Source of the DNA: a bacterium
GTDB lineage: Bacteria; Cyanobacteriota; Vampirovibrionia; Gastranaerophilales; JBAXKC01
NCBI GenBank assembly: GCA_037137535.1
Contig: JBAXKC010000001.1
Span: forward strand, 32,001 to 96,000
Direction: 5' to 3'
DNA: 64,000 nucleotides
Positions 48,926-59,016 of the stretch are shown here, one piece after another; within the stretch, counting starts at the first letter, position 1; the number at the start of each line of letters is the position of its first letter. The notes beneath the pieces are model-generated. The model made no database searches, was not told the DNA's origin, and saw only the letters and a program-made list of their open reading frames with translations. A program made the translations under genes and the position numbers.

Positions 48926-51307
48926 CTAACTACACTTAGAATAACCACAATTCTTGCAAAGAACGCAACCTTCACCGAATTCAAGCATTTGTCCGCATTC
49001 TGGGCATTCAGGACAATGTCCCGCATCTGCTTTAGAAGAATTAAGCGGAGTACAAGCTTTTTCAGCTCCTGTAATACATTCTTGAGTGTTAATTCCAAGC
49101 CCGTTGAGTTTTTCAAGGTTTCTTTCAAGAACTTTTGCAATAGCATCAGAACAAGAAAGAACCATTCCACCTTTAGCCATAGCAGGGGACGGACATCTGA
49201 TACCTGTCAGCTGGCTGATTATCGCATCAACTTCAACACCGGCTCTTAATGATAATGAAATCATTCTTCCTGTCGCTTCCGCCTGACTTGTCGCACAACC
49301 GCCCGATTTACCCATTCTTGCAAAGACTTCGCAAAGCCCTTCATCATCAACATTAATTGTTACATATAAAGGACCGCAACCTGTTTGAATCTTATCGGTG
49401 ACTCCATAAGTAACAACAGGTCTTTCTCTAGGAGTTACAACACCATGAGAAGTTGTTGCAGAAGCCTCAGCGGTTCTTGTGTCAGTAGCTTTAATAATCA
49501 TAGCCTGACCAAAACGGCTGTTGTTTCTATAAACGGTTGTTCCTTTTAATTTCGAATTAAAAGCAAGCATGTAAGTTTCTGCAATTTGCTCTCTTGTCGC
49601 ATCTTCGCAGAAGTTTACTGTTTTTGATACGGCATTATCAGTGTGAAGCTGGAAAGCAGCTTGCATTTTAACGTGCCAAGCAGGTGAAATATCGTGAGAA
49701 GTAACATAAACTTGCTGAACTTCCTCAGGAACTCCATCAACTCCAACAACTGAACCATGATATGAAATTTGCTTCATAACTTCTTCAGAATAAAAGTCTT
49801 TTTCTCTTGCAATTTTTTCAAGATACGGATTAACTTCTAAAAGCTCTGCTCCATCCATGATGTTTCTGATGAATGCAAGGGCGAAAATAGGCTCAACACC
49901 ACCTGAAGCGCCTGCAATCATGCTTATTGTTCCTGTCGGAGCAATACATGTTGTAGTTGCGTTTCTGATTCCGTATGTTTTAATATCTTCATCAAGATTT
50001 TTCCATTGCTCATCGGAAATAATACCTGCAGAAGTACCGTTATATTTTTCGTATAAGAAATTTTTATTATCATAGATAGAACCTTTGAAGTTTTTGAAAC
50101 TTCCTCTTTGTTTTGCAAGTTCAATTGATTCGACCTTAGAGTGATAATCAATAAATTCCATCATTTGAGCCGCTAACTTAACACCTTCTTCTGAATTATA
50201 AGGAATATTCATAATCATAAGAAGATCAGCCCATCCCATTACTCCAAGACCGATTTTTCTGTTAGCATCTACCATTTCGGTAATTTCAGGAAGCGGATAA
50301 TTATTAACAACAATTACGTTATCAAGGAAGTGTGAAGCAAGCTTAGTTGTATAAGCAAGTTTGTCCCAATCAATTTCAAGCTGTCCGTTTTCATTGGATT
50401 TGACCATCATACTAAGGTTAATTGAGCCAAGGTTACAAGCTTCATAAGGAAGTAAAGGAACTTCTCCGCAAGGATTTGTAGACTCAATGTCTCCAACATG
50501 AGGAGTAGGATTGTATCTGTTTACTTCGTCAATAAATACGATTCCCGGTTCGCCATTTCTCCAAGCATGATCGACAATAATGTCATATACTTCTTTAGCA
50601 CGCATTTTAGCAACAACTTTTTTAGTTTTAGGATGGAAAAGTTCATACTCTTGATCATTGATAACCGCTTTCATAAATACATCGGTTATTGCAACTGAAA
50701 TATTAAAGTTATTAAGTCTGTCACCATCAAATTTTGCATTGATAAAATCAAGAATATCTGGATGATCAACTCTTAAAATACCCATGTTAGCACCACGTCT
50801 TGTTCCACCTTGCTTAACAGCTTCAGTTGCAGCATTAAACACTTCCATAAAGGAAACAGGACCTGACGATACGCCCATAGTTGTTTTAACTATGTCGTTT
50901 TTAGGTCTTAATCTTGAGAAAGAAAAACCTGTACCGCCACCACTTTTGTGGATAATAGCAGTATTTTTAATGGTTTCAAAAATAGCTTCGAGTGAATCTT
51001 CGATTGGAAGAACAAAACACGCTGAAAGCTGTCCTAATTCTCTTCCTGCATTCATTAATGTAGGACTGTTTGGCATAAAGCAACGATTAGCCATAAATCT
51101 GTAAAATTCTTCAGCTAATGTTTGAACTTTTTCTTCATTTAAACCGAAAGACTTATCGCCGTCAGCAATGGTTGAAGCAACCCTCCAAAAAAGGTCTTCA
51201 GCTGTTTCAACAGGTTGACCGTTTTCATCTTTTCTAAGATAGCGTTTTGCTAAAACCGTTCTGGCATTTTCAGTTAGATCCATTTGTTCTTTTAAAAAAG
51301 GTGTCAC
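48926..51307 (-). CDS. nrdJ: Adenosylcobalamin-dependent (class II) ribonucleotide reductase with TSCPD-type domain and C-terminal zinc ribbon
   Basis: PNSPTLMNAG, QLSACFVL, TNPCGE, IAPTGTIS, SCSDAIA, CPECG...CKNCGYSKC. Confidence 0.93.
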   Translation of the reverse strand: MTPFLKEQMDLTENARTVLAKRYLRKDENGQPVETAEDLFWRVASTIADGDKSFGLNEEKVQTLAEEFYRFMANRCFMPNSPTLMNAGRELGQLSACFVLPIEDSLEAIFETIKNTAIIHKSGGGTGFSFSRLRPKNDIVKTTMGVSSGPVSFMEVFNAATEAVKQGGTRRGANMGILRVDHPDILDFINAKFDGDRLNNFNISVAITDVFMKAVINDQEYELFHPKTKKVVAKMRAKEVYDIIVDHAWRNGEPGIVFIDEVNRYNPTPHVGDIESTNPCGEVPLLPYEACNLGSINLSMMVKSNENGQLEIDWDKLAYTTKLASHFLDNVIVVNNYPLPEITEMVDANRKIGLGVMGWADLLMIMNIPYNSEEGVKLAAQMMEFIDYHSKVESIELAKQRGSFKNFKGSIYDNKNFLYEKYNGTSAGIISDEQWKNLDEDIKTYGIRNATTTCIAPTGTISMIAGASGGVEPIFALAFIRNIMDGAELLEVNPYLEKIAREKDFYSEEVMKQISYHGSVVGVDGVPEEVQQVYVTSHDISPAWHVKMQAAFQLHTDNAVSKTVNFCEDATREQIAETYMLAFNSKLKGTTVYRNNSRFGQAMIIKATDTRTAEASATTSHGVVTPRERPVVTYGVTDKIQTGCGPLYVTINVDDEGLCEVFARMGKSGGCATSQAEATGRMISLSLRAGVEVDAIISQLTGIRCPSPAMAKGGMVLSCSDAIAKVLERNLEKLNGLGINTQECITGAEKACTPLNSSKADAGHCPECPECGQMLEFGEGCVLCKNCGYSKCS

Positions 51308-51613
51308 TCTTATATCTCCATCAACAATGTATTATAGCATTTTGGGCAGATAGCCGTTTTACAGAAATAAGTCTTTTTCAATTTTATACAATCAGTAAAA
51401 CTATAACGTCATGTTATATTGAACGAAACATGATTTTTTGAAAAGCCATGCTATCACCATGTTTTTATAAGGTTAAGGGAAATTTAAAACAAACTCACTG
51501 ATATAAACCACATGAAAAACTGTCTAGTGTTTTTAACATAATTTTACGAAAATTTAAAAGTTAAAGACTTGATTCAACTTTCCACAATAATTTATAAAAT
51601 AATTTATAGCAAC

Positions 51614-51649
51614 AACAAAAGATATCGATAGATGAACAAAAGATATCGA
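51614..51649. promoter_or_regulatory. Tandem 15-bp direct repeat, candidate NrdR boxes
   Basis: aacaaaagatatcga at 51614 and 51635 (21-bp period), upstream of nrdJ. Confidence 0.5.
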
Positions 51650-51999
51650 CAACTTAATATTTGTTAACCATGAAGAATAAATTCAGCCGACAATAGGGAC
51701 ATGGGCAAAACTCATGGCTGACAAGGATTTTAGGAGAATTTATTAAACTAATTCATGAGGTTTGTTAACAAGCGTTAAGAAGAGTTTAAATTTCTTTTAT
51801 CCCTTTGTATCAGTGTTTTTCAACATGACAAACCTGCTTTATCCTAAAAAACAAGTGCCTTACAGGTTATATTAAATCTCATTCGCTTTGCATGGATTGA
51901 ATTGCACATGAGTAGCATTACAATTGTATTAGGTTGCCTTAAATTGTTTTTAGGTATGATATATAAACATCTCACGAGTTAATTTGGGGTATACGGGGA

Positions 52000-52605
52000 A
52001 TGAACAGGGATATATTGAATACACAGCATTTACTAAAAGAGCGTAAGCAAAAAAAGATTTTTAATATAAAAGTTGAAAAATTAGTCAGAGAAGCAAGCGA
52101 CACTTTTATTTACTTCAAAGACTATGAAGCAGCACTTAATTTAATTGAAGAATCTCTTTTCATTGAGCCGACACATTGCAAAGCATTGATTTTAAAAGGT
52201 CATATAATGCTATGCAATGGTAAAGAAGAAGCAGCTATAAGATATTTTGATCAGGCGATTGAATCAGAACCATTTTCAGCAGAAGCATACGGAGCAATGG
52301 CGGGAACTCTTTATGTATTAGGAAGACAAGAAGAAGCTTTTTATTACAACGAAAAAGCCTTTGAATTTCTTACTCCTAAAGATAAAAACATGCTTCCATC
52401 TCTTTATGAGCAAAAGATTTCAATGTTAATTCAAATGAAAAAATTTGAAGAAGCAAACTATATGCTTCAAAAAAGTGGTAAATACCTTGCAAATGATGAT
52501 ATTTGTCAACTTTTCTCATCCTATCAGGAAACAATTAAAAACTATTTCAAACAAAGAAAAATTAAAAAACAAAAATTAGCACAAATGGCATTAAAAATAG
52601 TTTAA
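52000..52605 (+). CDS. Tetratricopeptide repeat protein
   Basis: TPR motifs (ALILKGHIM, AYGAMAGTL). Confidence 0.8.
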   Translation: MNRDILNTQHLLKERKQKKIFNIKVEKLVREASDTFIYFKDYEAALNLIEESLFIEPTHCKALILKGHIMLCNGKEEAAIRYFDQAIESEPFSAEAYGAMAGTLYVLGRQEEAFYYNEKAFEFLTPKDKNMLPSLYEQKISMLIQMKKFEEANYMLQKSGKYLANDDICQLFSSYQETIKNYFKQRKIKKQKLAQMALKIV

Positions 52606-52629
52606 AATATAATCACACATAAACAAAAC

Positions 52630-52654
52630 AAGCTTCTCAAACGAGAGGCTTTTT
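52630..52654 (+). terminator. Intrinsic terminator
   Basis: aagcttctc-aaac-gagaggctttttt. Confidence 0.7.
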
Positions 52655-52726
52655 CTTTATAAAGAGATTAATTTAAACGATAACGGGGAATAATTGAGAA
52701 TAAGTAATAAACTCGGAAATTTTAAA

Positions 52727-53026
52727 ATGATAAACGGAATAAACAGTTCCATTAACAGTTCAGTAATATCAAATATTTATGATTCAAAACAGCAAACTAA
52801 AACTCCTGAAGTTTCTTCACTAACAAATTTTGATATAGAAGATAAAGCAATAATAAGTGCTGAAGCAAAAATGCTTAATGAATCTGATAAATACAATTCG
52901 GGACAAGGAAACGAAATTGATCTTGCCATAAGTCAAATAGAAGCCAAAACTCAAACAGCAGCCGAAGTAAACGTTATAAATACTAAAAAAGAAATGATTG
53001 ATAGTGTTTTAGAGATAGGCAAATAA
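52727..53026 (+). CDS. Small protein with FlgM-like N-terminus and flagellar rod/hook C-terminal-like helix
   Basis: MINGINSSINSS...DKAIISAEAK; C-terminal 'AAEVNVINTKKEMIDSVLEI' resembles the Flg_bbr_C motif (AN.KVI.T.DEM...LL.I). Confidence 0.55.
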   Translation: MINGINSSINSSVISNIYDSKQQTKTPEVSSLTNFDIEDKAIISAEAKMLNESDKYNSGQGNEIDLAISQIEAKTQTAAEVNVINTKKEMIDSVLEIGK

Positions 53027-53104
53027 TAAATATTATATTTGTAATATAAATAATTTTGTCATAAACTTCAACTATTAATAAAAATCTATAAAATTAAAAA
53101 TTTG

Positions 53105-53130
53105 AAAGAAGATTAGATTTAATCTTCTTT
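53105..53130. terminator. Inverted repeat between the small flagellar-like gene and the permease
   Basis: aaagaagatta-gatt-taatcttcttt. Confidence 0.5.
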
Positions 53131-53288
53131 ATTAATTTTTAATATGAAGTATTGTTAAGAATGAGAGATTAAAAGTTCTTATATCTGTTTTTCTTATAGT
53201 ATCTTTATTAAATATGGTAAAATCAAGCATAATTCATTTATTCCGACGTTTACGTTAAAAATTACATATAAATCGGAGAGAGATCAGT

Positions 53289-54818
53289 ATGGAACAGAAG
53301 CTGGAAAAGACTCAGGGAGCTGGTGGCTTTGCTCGAATCTTCAGAAAAAAAAGTCCTGAAGAAATTATCGGCACTACAAAAAAAGCAGGTTTAGCTAAAA
53401 CCTTAGGTGCTTTTGACTTAACAGTATTAGGGATAGGAGCAATTATAGGCTCTGGAATCTTCACACTAGCAGGAACAGCTGCACTTGGAACACCTGGAAA
53501 CCCTGGAGCAGGACCTGGATTAATGATATCCTTTATATTTGCAGCTATTGCTTGCGGATTTGCAGCACTTTGCTATGCAGAATTTGCTACAATGATTCCT
53601 GCGGCAGGCAGCACTTATACTTATACATTTGCAACGCTTGGTGAATTAGCAGCATGGCTAATTGGTTGGATATTAATGCTTGAATACGCAATAGGAAACA
53701 TAACAGTCGCATGCGGATGGACGGGTTATGTTTTTGAGTTTTTAAAAGGCTTTACGCATGTCCTTCCAGCTTTTGTAACTGATGATAAATACTGGATTTA
53801 TCAATTAGACATACCATCACTACATCATACTTTATTTTTAAACATTCCGGCTATCTTTATTATGCTGCTGGTAACAGCCATTTTATATAAAGGTGTACAG
53901 GAAAGTACAAAAATGGCAGGAATCATGGTTGCGGTAAAAATCGTAGTAATTGCATTATTCGTAGGAATAGGTGCATTCTATGTAAAGCCTGCAAACTGGC
54001 ATCCATTTGTTCCAAACGGATTTAACAGTTTAATAGGTGGAGCAGCGGTTATATTCTTTGCTTATATAGGCTTTGACGCAGTTTCAACAGCTGCGGAAGA
54101 AACAAAAGACCCTCAAAAAAACTTACCAATCGGTATCATTTCCTCATTAGTAATTTGCACATTAATTTATATTATCGTTGCAGCAGTTTTAACAGGTATT
54201 ATTCCATATAAACAAATAAATGCGGAAGCTCCTGTAGCGGCAGCTATGAGATTAATAGGGCATGGAAACGTAGCAGGGTTTATCTCTTTCGGAGCAGTAG
54301 CAGGATTAACCTCCGTTCTTTTAGTATTACAATACGGTGCTATAAGAATTTTATATGCAATGTCCAGAGATGGCTTATTACCTAAAGTATTTTCAAAAGT
54401 TCACCCTAAATTCAAAACACCTCATATTATAACCATTATTGCAGGTATATTTGTTGCACTCGGAACAGTTGTTTTAAACCTTGATGAAGCAGCAAGGCTT
54501 TGCAACATAGGAACTTTAACAGCATTTATGGTAGTTTGCGCAAGCGTTATTATTTTAAGAATTAAAGACCCACATAGAGAAAGACCTTTTAAAGTTCCTT
54601 TTTCTCCTTTACTTCCATTGTTAGGAATCGGCTCATGCTTCTGGCTAATAACAGGCTTACCATTAAAAACAATCGTCTTATTTGGTTTATGGATTGTAGC
54701 AGGAATAGCAATATATTTTGCTTATGCCTACAGAAGACCCGAAGAACCTCTTTATGTACATGAAGAAGTTCCCGTAATCGAAGAAACAACAAAAGAATCT
54801 CAACCTGTATCACAATAA
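53289..54818 (+). CDS. APC-family amino acid permease
   Basis: GIGAIIGSGIF, CYAEFA, GS.Y.Y, FFAYIGFD, SRDGLLP. Confidence 0.93.
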   Translation: MEQKLEKTQGAGGFARIFRKKSPEEIIGTTKKAGLAKTLGAFDLTVLGIGAIIGSGIFTLAGTAALGTPGNPGAGPGLMISFIFAAIACGFAALCYAEFATMIPAAGSTYTYTFATLGELAAWLIGWILMLEYAIGNITVACGWTGYVFEFLKGFTHVLPAFVTDDKYWIYQLDIPSLHHTLFLNIPAIFIMLLVTAILYKGVQESTKMAGIMVAVKIVVIALFVGIGAFYVKPANWHPFVPNGFNSLIGGAAVIFFAYIGFDAVSTAAEETKDPQKNLPIGIISSLVICTLIYIIVAAVLTGIIPYKQINAEAPVAAAMRLIGHGNVAGFISFGAVAGLTSVLLVLQYGAIRILYAMSRDGLLPKVFSKVHPKFKTPHIITIIAGIFVALGTVVLNLDEAARLCNIGTLTAFMVVCASVIILRIKDPHRERPFKVPFSPLLPLLGIGSCFWLITGLPLKTIVLFGLWIVAGIAIYFAYAYRRPEEPLYVHEEVPVIEETTKESQPVSQ

Positions 54819-54839
54819 CCGATACAACCGACTAAAAAT

Positions 54840-54871
54840 AAAACTCCTAATCTCGTAAGATTAGGAGTTTT
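54840..54871. terminator. Bidirectional terminator
   Basis: aaaactcctaatct-cgta-agattaggagtttt. Confidence 0.85.
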
Positions 54872-54874
54872 TAT

Positions 54875-56881
54875 TTATTCTAAAACTAAAGACCATCGCT
54901 CAAGTATGTTCTCGGGAAGATCTTCTACAAACCTTGAAGGCTTTGACAAAACCATTCCTGCTGTATAATCAAACATATCAACAGGATAAGTGACATAAAG
55001 TTGACTTTTTGCCCTTGTAGCAGCAACATACATCAATCTTCTTTCTTCTTCGAGGTCCTCTTCTGAATTATAGGAATAAACAGAAGGAAACCTACCATCA
55101 ACAGCTCCTGAAATGAACACAGCTTTCCATTCAAGCCCCTTTGCGGAGTGAATAGTAGAAAGAGTAACATATTCATCTTTTATCGTGCCTGCTTCAACTT
55201 CAGAAATACTGCTATCAGGTGGATCAAGCGCTAAATCACTCAAAAAGTCCTCTAATGAAGTATAACCTTGGACAAGAGCTAAAAAATTCTCGAGATCTTT
55301 TTCACGTTTATTAAAATCATCATATTTTTCAGCAAGTAATGGATGATAATATGAAATTACTTTCTCAACAGTATCAAAAATTGTCATTTTAGAATTTTTT
55401 ATCGAATCAAAAGTACCTATAAGTTTAAATACAGCGTCTTTTGAAGTTGACTTCAACCGAACATTGCTAATATCAGGATTATCGCCTGTGATAAACATAG
55501 GAATTAATTTATTGCTAGTTGTACTGCCTATTCCGTTTAAAAGAAGTAAGATTCTGTTCCAGCTGATTACATCTTCAGGATTCATCAATACCCTTAGATG
55601 AGCTATAATGTCCTTAATATGAGCTGTTTCAACAAACTTATAGCCGCCAAACTTTTTAAACGGCAATCCCTTTTTGTTTAGCTCTATTTCAATTTTATAA
55701 GTACTTCTGGCACTTCTGGCAAGTATTGCTATATCATTTAAAGCAATACCCTCTTCTGAAAGCTCTAATATCCTCTGAGTTATAAATTCCGCCTCTGTTT
55801 GCTGATCAGGAGCACATATAACAGCAGGAAGTTCACCTGTTTTACCGTAAGAATATAAATTTTTATCATATTTTTGTATTGCATGAGAAATTATTTGATT
55901 TGATAAATTTAAAATTTCTTGAGTGCTTCTATAATTTTCTTCAAGTTTTATAATTTTTGCCCCTTCAAAAATACTTGGAAAATCCATTATATTTTGAAAG
56001 TTAGCTCCTCTAAAAGAATAAATACTCTGAGCATCATCTCCTACAGCCATTACGTTATTATGCGTATAGGCTAAAAGCCTTGCAATGTCAGCTTGTAGAT
56101 AATTAGTATCCTGATACTCATCTATCATTATGTATTTATATTTATCCGAGAGTTTTCTTCTAACCTCTTCGTTAGACTCTAAAAGTAATTTGAGGTAAAT
56201 AAGCAAATCATCATAATCAAGCAAAGAATTTTCACGCTTATATTCGCAATATTCTTTACAAATCAGCTTAATAGTTTCGGTACAATTAATAAAATGAGAA
56301 TATTCAGAGGCAATAATCTGATCTGCCGTAGAATTTTTATTTACCGATTTAGAATAAATATCGCAAATAGTAGATTTACGAGGAAAACGTTTCTCCTTTA
56401 CTTCAGGAAATCTTCCTCTGACAAGATCAATAATATCTTCAGCATCACTACGATCTAAAATTGTAAAAGAATTTTTCAAACCTAATAAACTTGAATGTTT
56501 TCTGAGAATCAAATTTGCAAAAGAATGAAAAGTTCCTCCTGAAACCCCTTCACATCTTGAATCAAGAACAATAGAAGCTCTATCTGTCATTTCTTTAGCC
56601 GCTTTTCTCGTAAAGGAAAGCAACAGTATATTTTCAGGATCAATCCCTTTTTCAACAAGCCTTGCAACTCTATAAATAAGTGTTCTTGTTTTACCCGTAC
56701 CTGCACCGGCAATAACCAAAACAGGGCCATCTGTAGAAGATACTGCTTCATATTGGCTTGTGTTTAATTCAGTCCTATAACTTATTTTAAAATTTTCTTC
56801 TACATTAAGAGCTCGTTTTAAAACATACTGCTTAGGTTTTATCTGATTATTTTTTGAAATATCAATAATATTTTTATCCAT
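54875..56881 (-). CDS. UvrD/PcrA/Rep-family SF1 DNA helicase
   Basis: AGAGTGKT, DEYQDTN, GDDAQSIY.FRGA, LEENYRS, TIHSAKGLE, YVAATRA. Confidence 0.93.
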   Translation of the reverse strand: MDKNIIDISKNNQIKPKQYVLKRALNVEENFKISYRTELNTSQYEAVSSTDGPVLVIAGAGTGKTRTLIYRVARLVEKGIDPENILLLSFTRKAAKEMTDRASIVLDSRCEGVSGGTFHSFANLILRKHSSLLGLKNSFTILDRSDAEDIIDLVRGRFPEVKEKRFPRKSTICDIYSKSVNKNSTADQIIASEYSHFINCTETIKLICKEYCEYKRENSLLDYDDLLIYLKLLLESNEEVRRKLSDKYKYIMIDEYQDTNYLQADIARLLAYTHNNVMAVGDDAQSIYSFRGANFQNIMDFPSIFEGAKIIKLEENYRSTQEILNLSNQIISHAIQKYDKNLYSYGKTGELPAVICAPDQQTEAEFITQRILELSEEGIALNDIAILARSARSTYKIEIELNKKGLPFKKFGGYKFVETAHIKDIIAHLRVLMNPEDVISWNRILLLLNGIGSTTSNKLIPMFITGDNPDISNVRLKSTSKDAVFKLIGTFDSIKNSKMTIFDTVEKVISYYHPLLAEKYDDFNKREKDLENFLALVQGYTSLEDFLSDLALDPPDSSISEVEAGTIKDEYVTLSTIHSAKGLEWKAVFISGAVDGRFPSVYSYNSEEDLEEERRLMYVAATRAKSQLYVTYPVDMFDYTAGMVLSKPSRFVEDLPENILERWSLVLE

Positions 56882-57111
56882 AAATATATTATACGGTTTT
56901 AAAAATAAATTAAAAACTAAATTTTAATTCCCTCAAATAAATAAAACTCATCATCTTGTAGTTTGATTTATTAAAATTATTTGAAATTTATAATAAAAAT
57001 CGGTCAAAATAAAGTTATAGAGTTAATCAATTTATGTTTTTGATATAATTACCACATATTTTGAAATTAGCTTAGGATTATTCCTTTTACGGGTATAAAG
57101 GTGGAATATAA

Positions 57112-58362
57112 ATGCGTGAACCTAGAAACAGAAACTTAAAGAAAACTAAAAAAATCAATTCAAATGACAAATTTACAGCCTTATGGAGTCTTTCCGCAAT
57201 AGGAATAAGTTTATTAATAAGTTTAGCCATATTATTATGCACTCATCCGTCATGGCTACCAGGACTGGCCTCTAAATTACCTGCTGGGCCAAGTCTACCA
57301 TTTCTTGATAATAAACAGAATATCTTACTTCTCGGTGTTGATTCAAACGGAAAAAATTCAGACCCTTTTGATCATACAAGAAGCGATTCTATTATTGTTT
57401 TAAGCATTGATCCTTTTGGAAAAACAGTTAATGCCCTTTCAATTCCAAGAGACAGTAAAGTTCAAATTGCAGACAACAATGGGATTGATAAAATTAATGC
57501 AGCTCACGCATTTGGAGGTCCACAATTAACAATAAAAACAATACAACAAACTTTCGGAATAAAAATAGACCATTATATAGCTGTAAACTATGATGCAATA
57601 AGAGAACTAGTAACTATACTGGGCGGTGTACCTATAAATGTAGAAAAAAGAATGAGATACAGGGATAGAACCGCTAAACTTAATATAGATCTATATCCTG
57701 GTCGTCAGGTACTGAATGCTGAACAAGCAGAAGGTTATTTAAGATTCAGACACGATGCAATCGGTGATATCGGACGTATGCAAAGACAACAATGGTTTGT
57801 TAGAGGTTTAGTAGAAAAACTGCAATCACCTGAAATAGTAACTAAAATCCCGCAACTTATTGATGCTCTTTCAAAATATGTAAGAACAGATATGAATATA
57901 TTTGACCTCACAAAACTTGCAGGATATGCAAAACAAGTTGATTTTTCTAAAGTACAATCAGCAACTTTACCGGGAAAACCTTCTAACAGAGGACATATAA
58001 GCTATTGGATACTGGATGCTGAAAAAACACAAGAAATAATTGACAGGTTAATCTACAAGACAGATGCTCAAATTACTCATCCGTTAACGGTTAGTATTGT
58101 ATATGCAGCCGATAAAGCAAATGAAGCAGCACTTGCTAAAACAGCTGTTGAAAAAGCAGGCTTTACAGTAGGATGCACAAATCAAAATAATTTCCCCCAT
58201 ACACAAATAATGTCACACTCGGCAGAAGCCTCTCTTAAGCTGGCTACAACCTTTAAAAAGCAAATCCCATCACTTGAAAAAGCACAATTTATAATATCTC
58301 CAAATAATTATTTATGCGGAAAAACAGATTACACTATAGTACTTTCAAGCCAAGATAGGTAA
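57112..58362 (+). CDS. LCP (LytR-CpsA-Psr) family protein
   Basis: NILLLGVD, RSDSI, SIPRD, KINAAH, RFRHD..GD.GR..RQQ. Confidence 0.92.
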   Translation: MREPRNRNLKKTKKINSNDKFTALWSLSAIGISLLISLAILLCTHPSWLPGLASKLPAGPSLPFLDNKQNILLLGVDSNGKNSDPFDHTRSDSIIVLSIDPFGKTVNALSIPRDSKVQIADNNGIDKINAAHAFGGPQLTIKTIQQTFGIKIDHYIAVNYDAIRELVTILGGVPINVEKRMRYRDRTAKLNIDLYPGRQVLNAEQAEGYLRFRHDAIGDIGRMQRQQWFVRGLVEKLQSPEIVTKIPQLIDALSKYVRTDMNIFDLTKLAGYAKQVDFSKVQSATLPGKPSNRGHISYWILDAEKTQEIIDRLIYKTDAQITHPLTVSIVYAADKANEAALAKTAVEKAGFTVGCTNQNNFPHTQIMSHSAEASLKLATTFKKQIPSLEKAQFIISPNNYLCGKTDYTIVLSSQDR

Positions 58363-58365
58363 CAA

Positions 58366-59001
58366 ATGATTAAAAAAAATTGTTTAACTTTCAGCTTATT
58401 GCTAATGATGTTACATTTGCCTGCGATTGCGGATGAATCAATCCAATCACCTTTTAAGCAAGGATTAACAGCTCCAAAACAGGAACAGACACAATCAGTT
58501 CAATCAGAAACAACAATTGAACCACCAAAAACTCAAGTTCAAGTAAATAATCCTCTGAATAATCCTCTAAATAAACTGGGAGTTGTTTGGGCTCAAAATG
58601 CAATAATAAAAGCGGATGATTTGCTTAAAAAGAAAAAAACAATAGAAGCAAAAGCGATTATAAAACCTCTTGAAACATGGTTGATTGATGCAACAGAAGC
58701 TCATACAGAGCTTTATAAGACGCTAAGAGGAATTGAAACAGCAAAAGTACAAGCAGAGCTTGAAAGAGAACTTGCTTTAAGTTTTGCAATCCTAAGAGAT
58801 AAAGCAGAGCTTGAATTAGGATTAATCAATATAGAAGAAAAACAATATGATAAAGCAGTCGAAGAGCTTGTAAGTGTTGTGAAATCACAACCAAAAACCG
58901 CTTTAGGAATGCAGGCCTATGATGCGCTAAAAGAAATAGGCTTTACTTATGAAGCAAAATTATCTGAAGAACAAAAAACACAGGAAATTAAACCTTTCTA
59001 A
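58366..59001 (+). CDS. Exported hypothetical helical (TPR-like) protein
   Basis: Signal peptide (…HLPAIA); helical C-terminal region. Confidence 0.7.
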   Translation: MIKKNCLTFSLLLMMLHLPAIADESIQSPFKQGLTAPKQEQTQSVQSETTIEPPKTQVQVNNPLNNPLNKLGVVWAQNAIIKADDLLKKKKTIEAKAIIKPLETWLIDATEAHTELYKTLRGIETAKVQAELERELALSFAILRDKAELELGLINIEEKQYDKAVEELVSVVKSQPKTALGMQAYDALKEIGFTYEAKLSEEQKTQEIKPF

Positions 59002-59016
59002 ATGTATTTACGCTAA

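Noticed and set aside
48829-49249. ORFs 48829-49170 (-) and 48878-49249 (+) overlapping the nrdJ 3' end
   Set aside because: Alternate-frame or antisense to the conserved nrdJ zinc-ribbon tail.
51308-51600. Possible cobalamin riboswitch upstream of B12-dependent nrdJ
   Set aside because: No B12-box or conserved core on the minus strand; the only GGGAA-like word is on the wrong strand.
51853-51941. Irregular long hairpin (ctcat..tgca/tgca..atgag), considered as a 6S/SRP-like RNA
   Set aside because: Pairing is short and interrupted, with no recognisable family motif; would need an Infernal search.
52655-52685. Sigma-28-like promoter (taaa...aacgataa) before the small flagellar-like gene
   Set aside because: Spacing and -10 element deviate from TAAA-N15-GCCGATAA; not supportable by eye.
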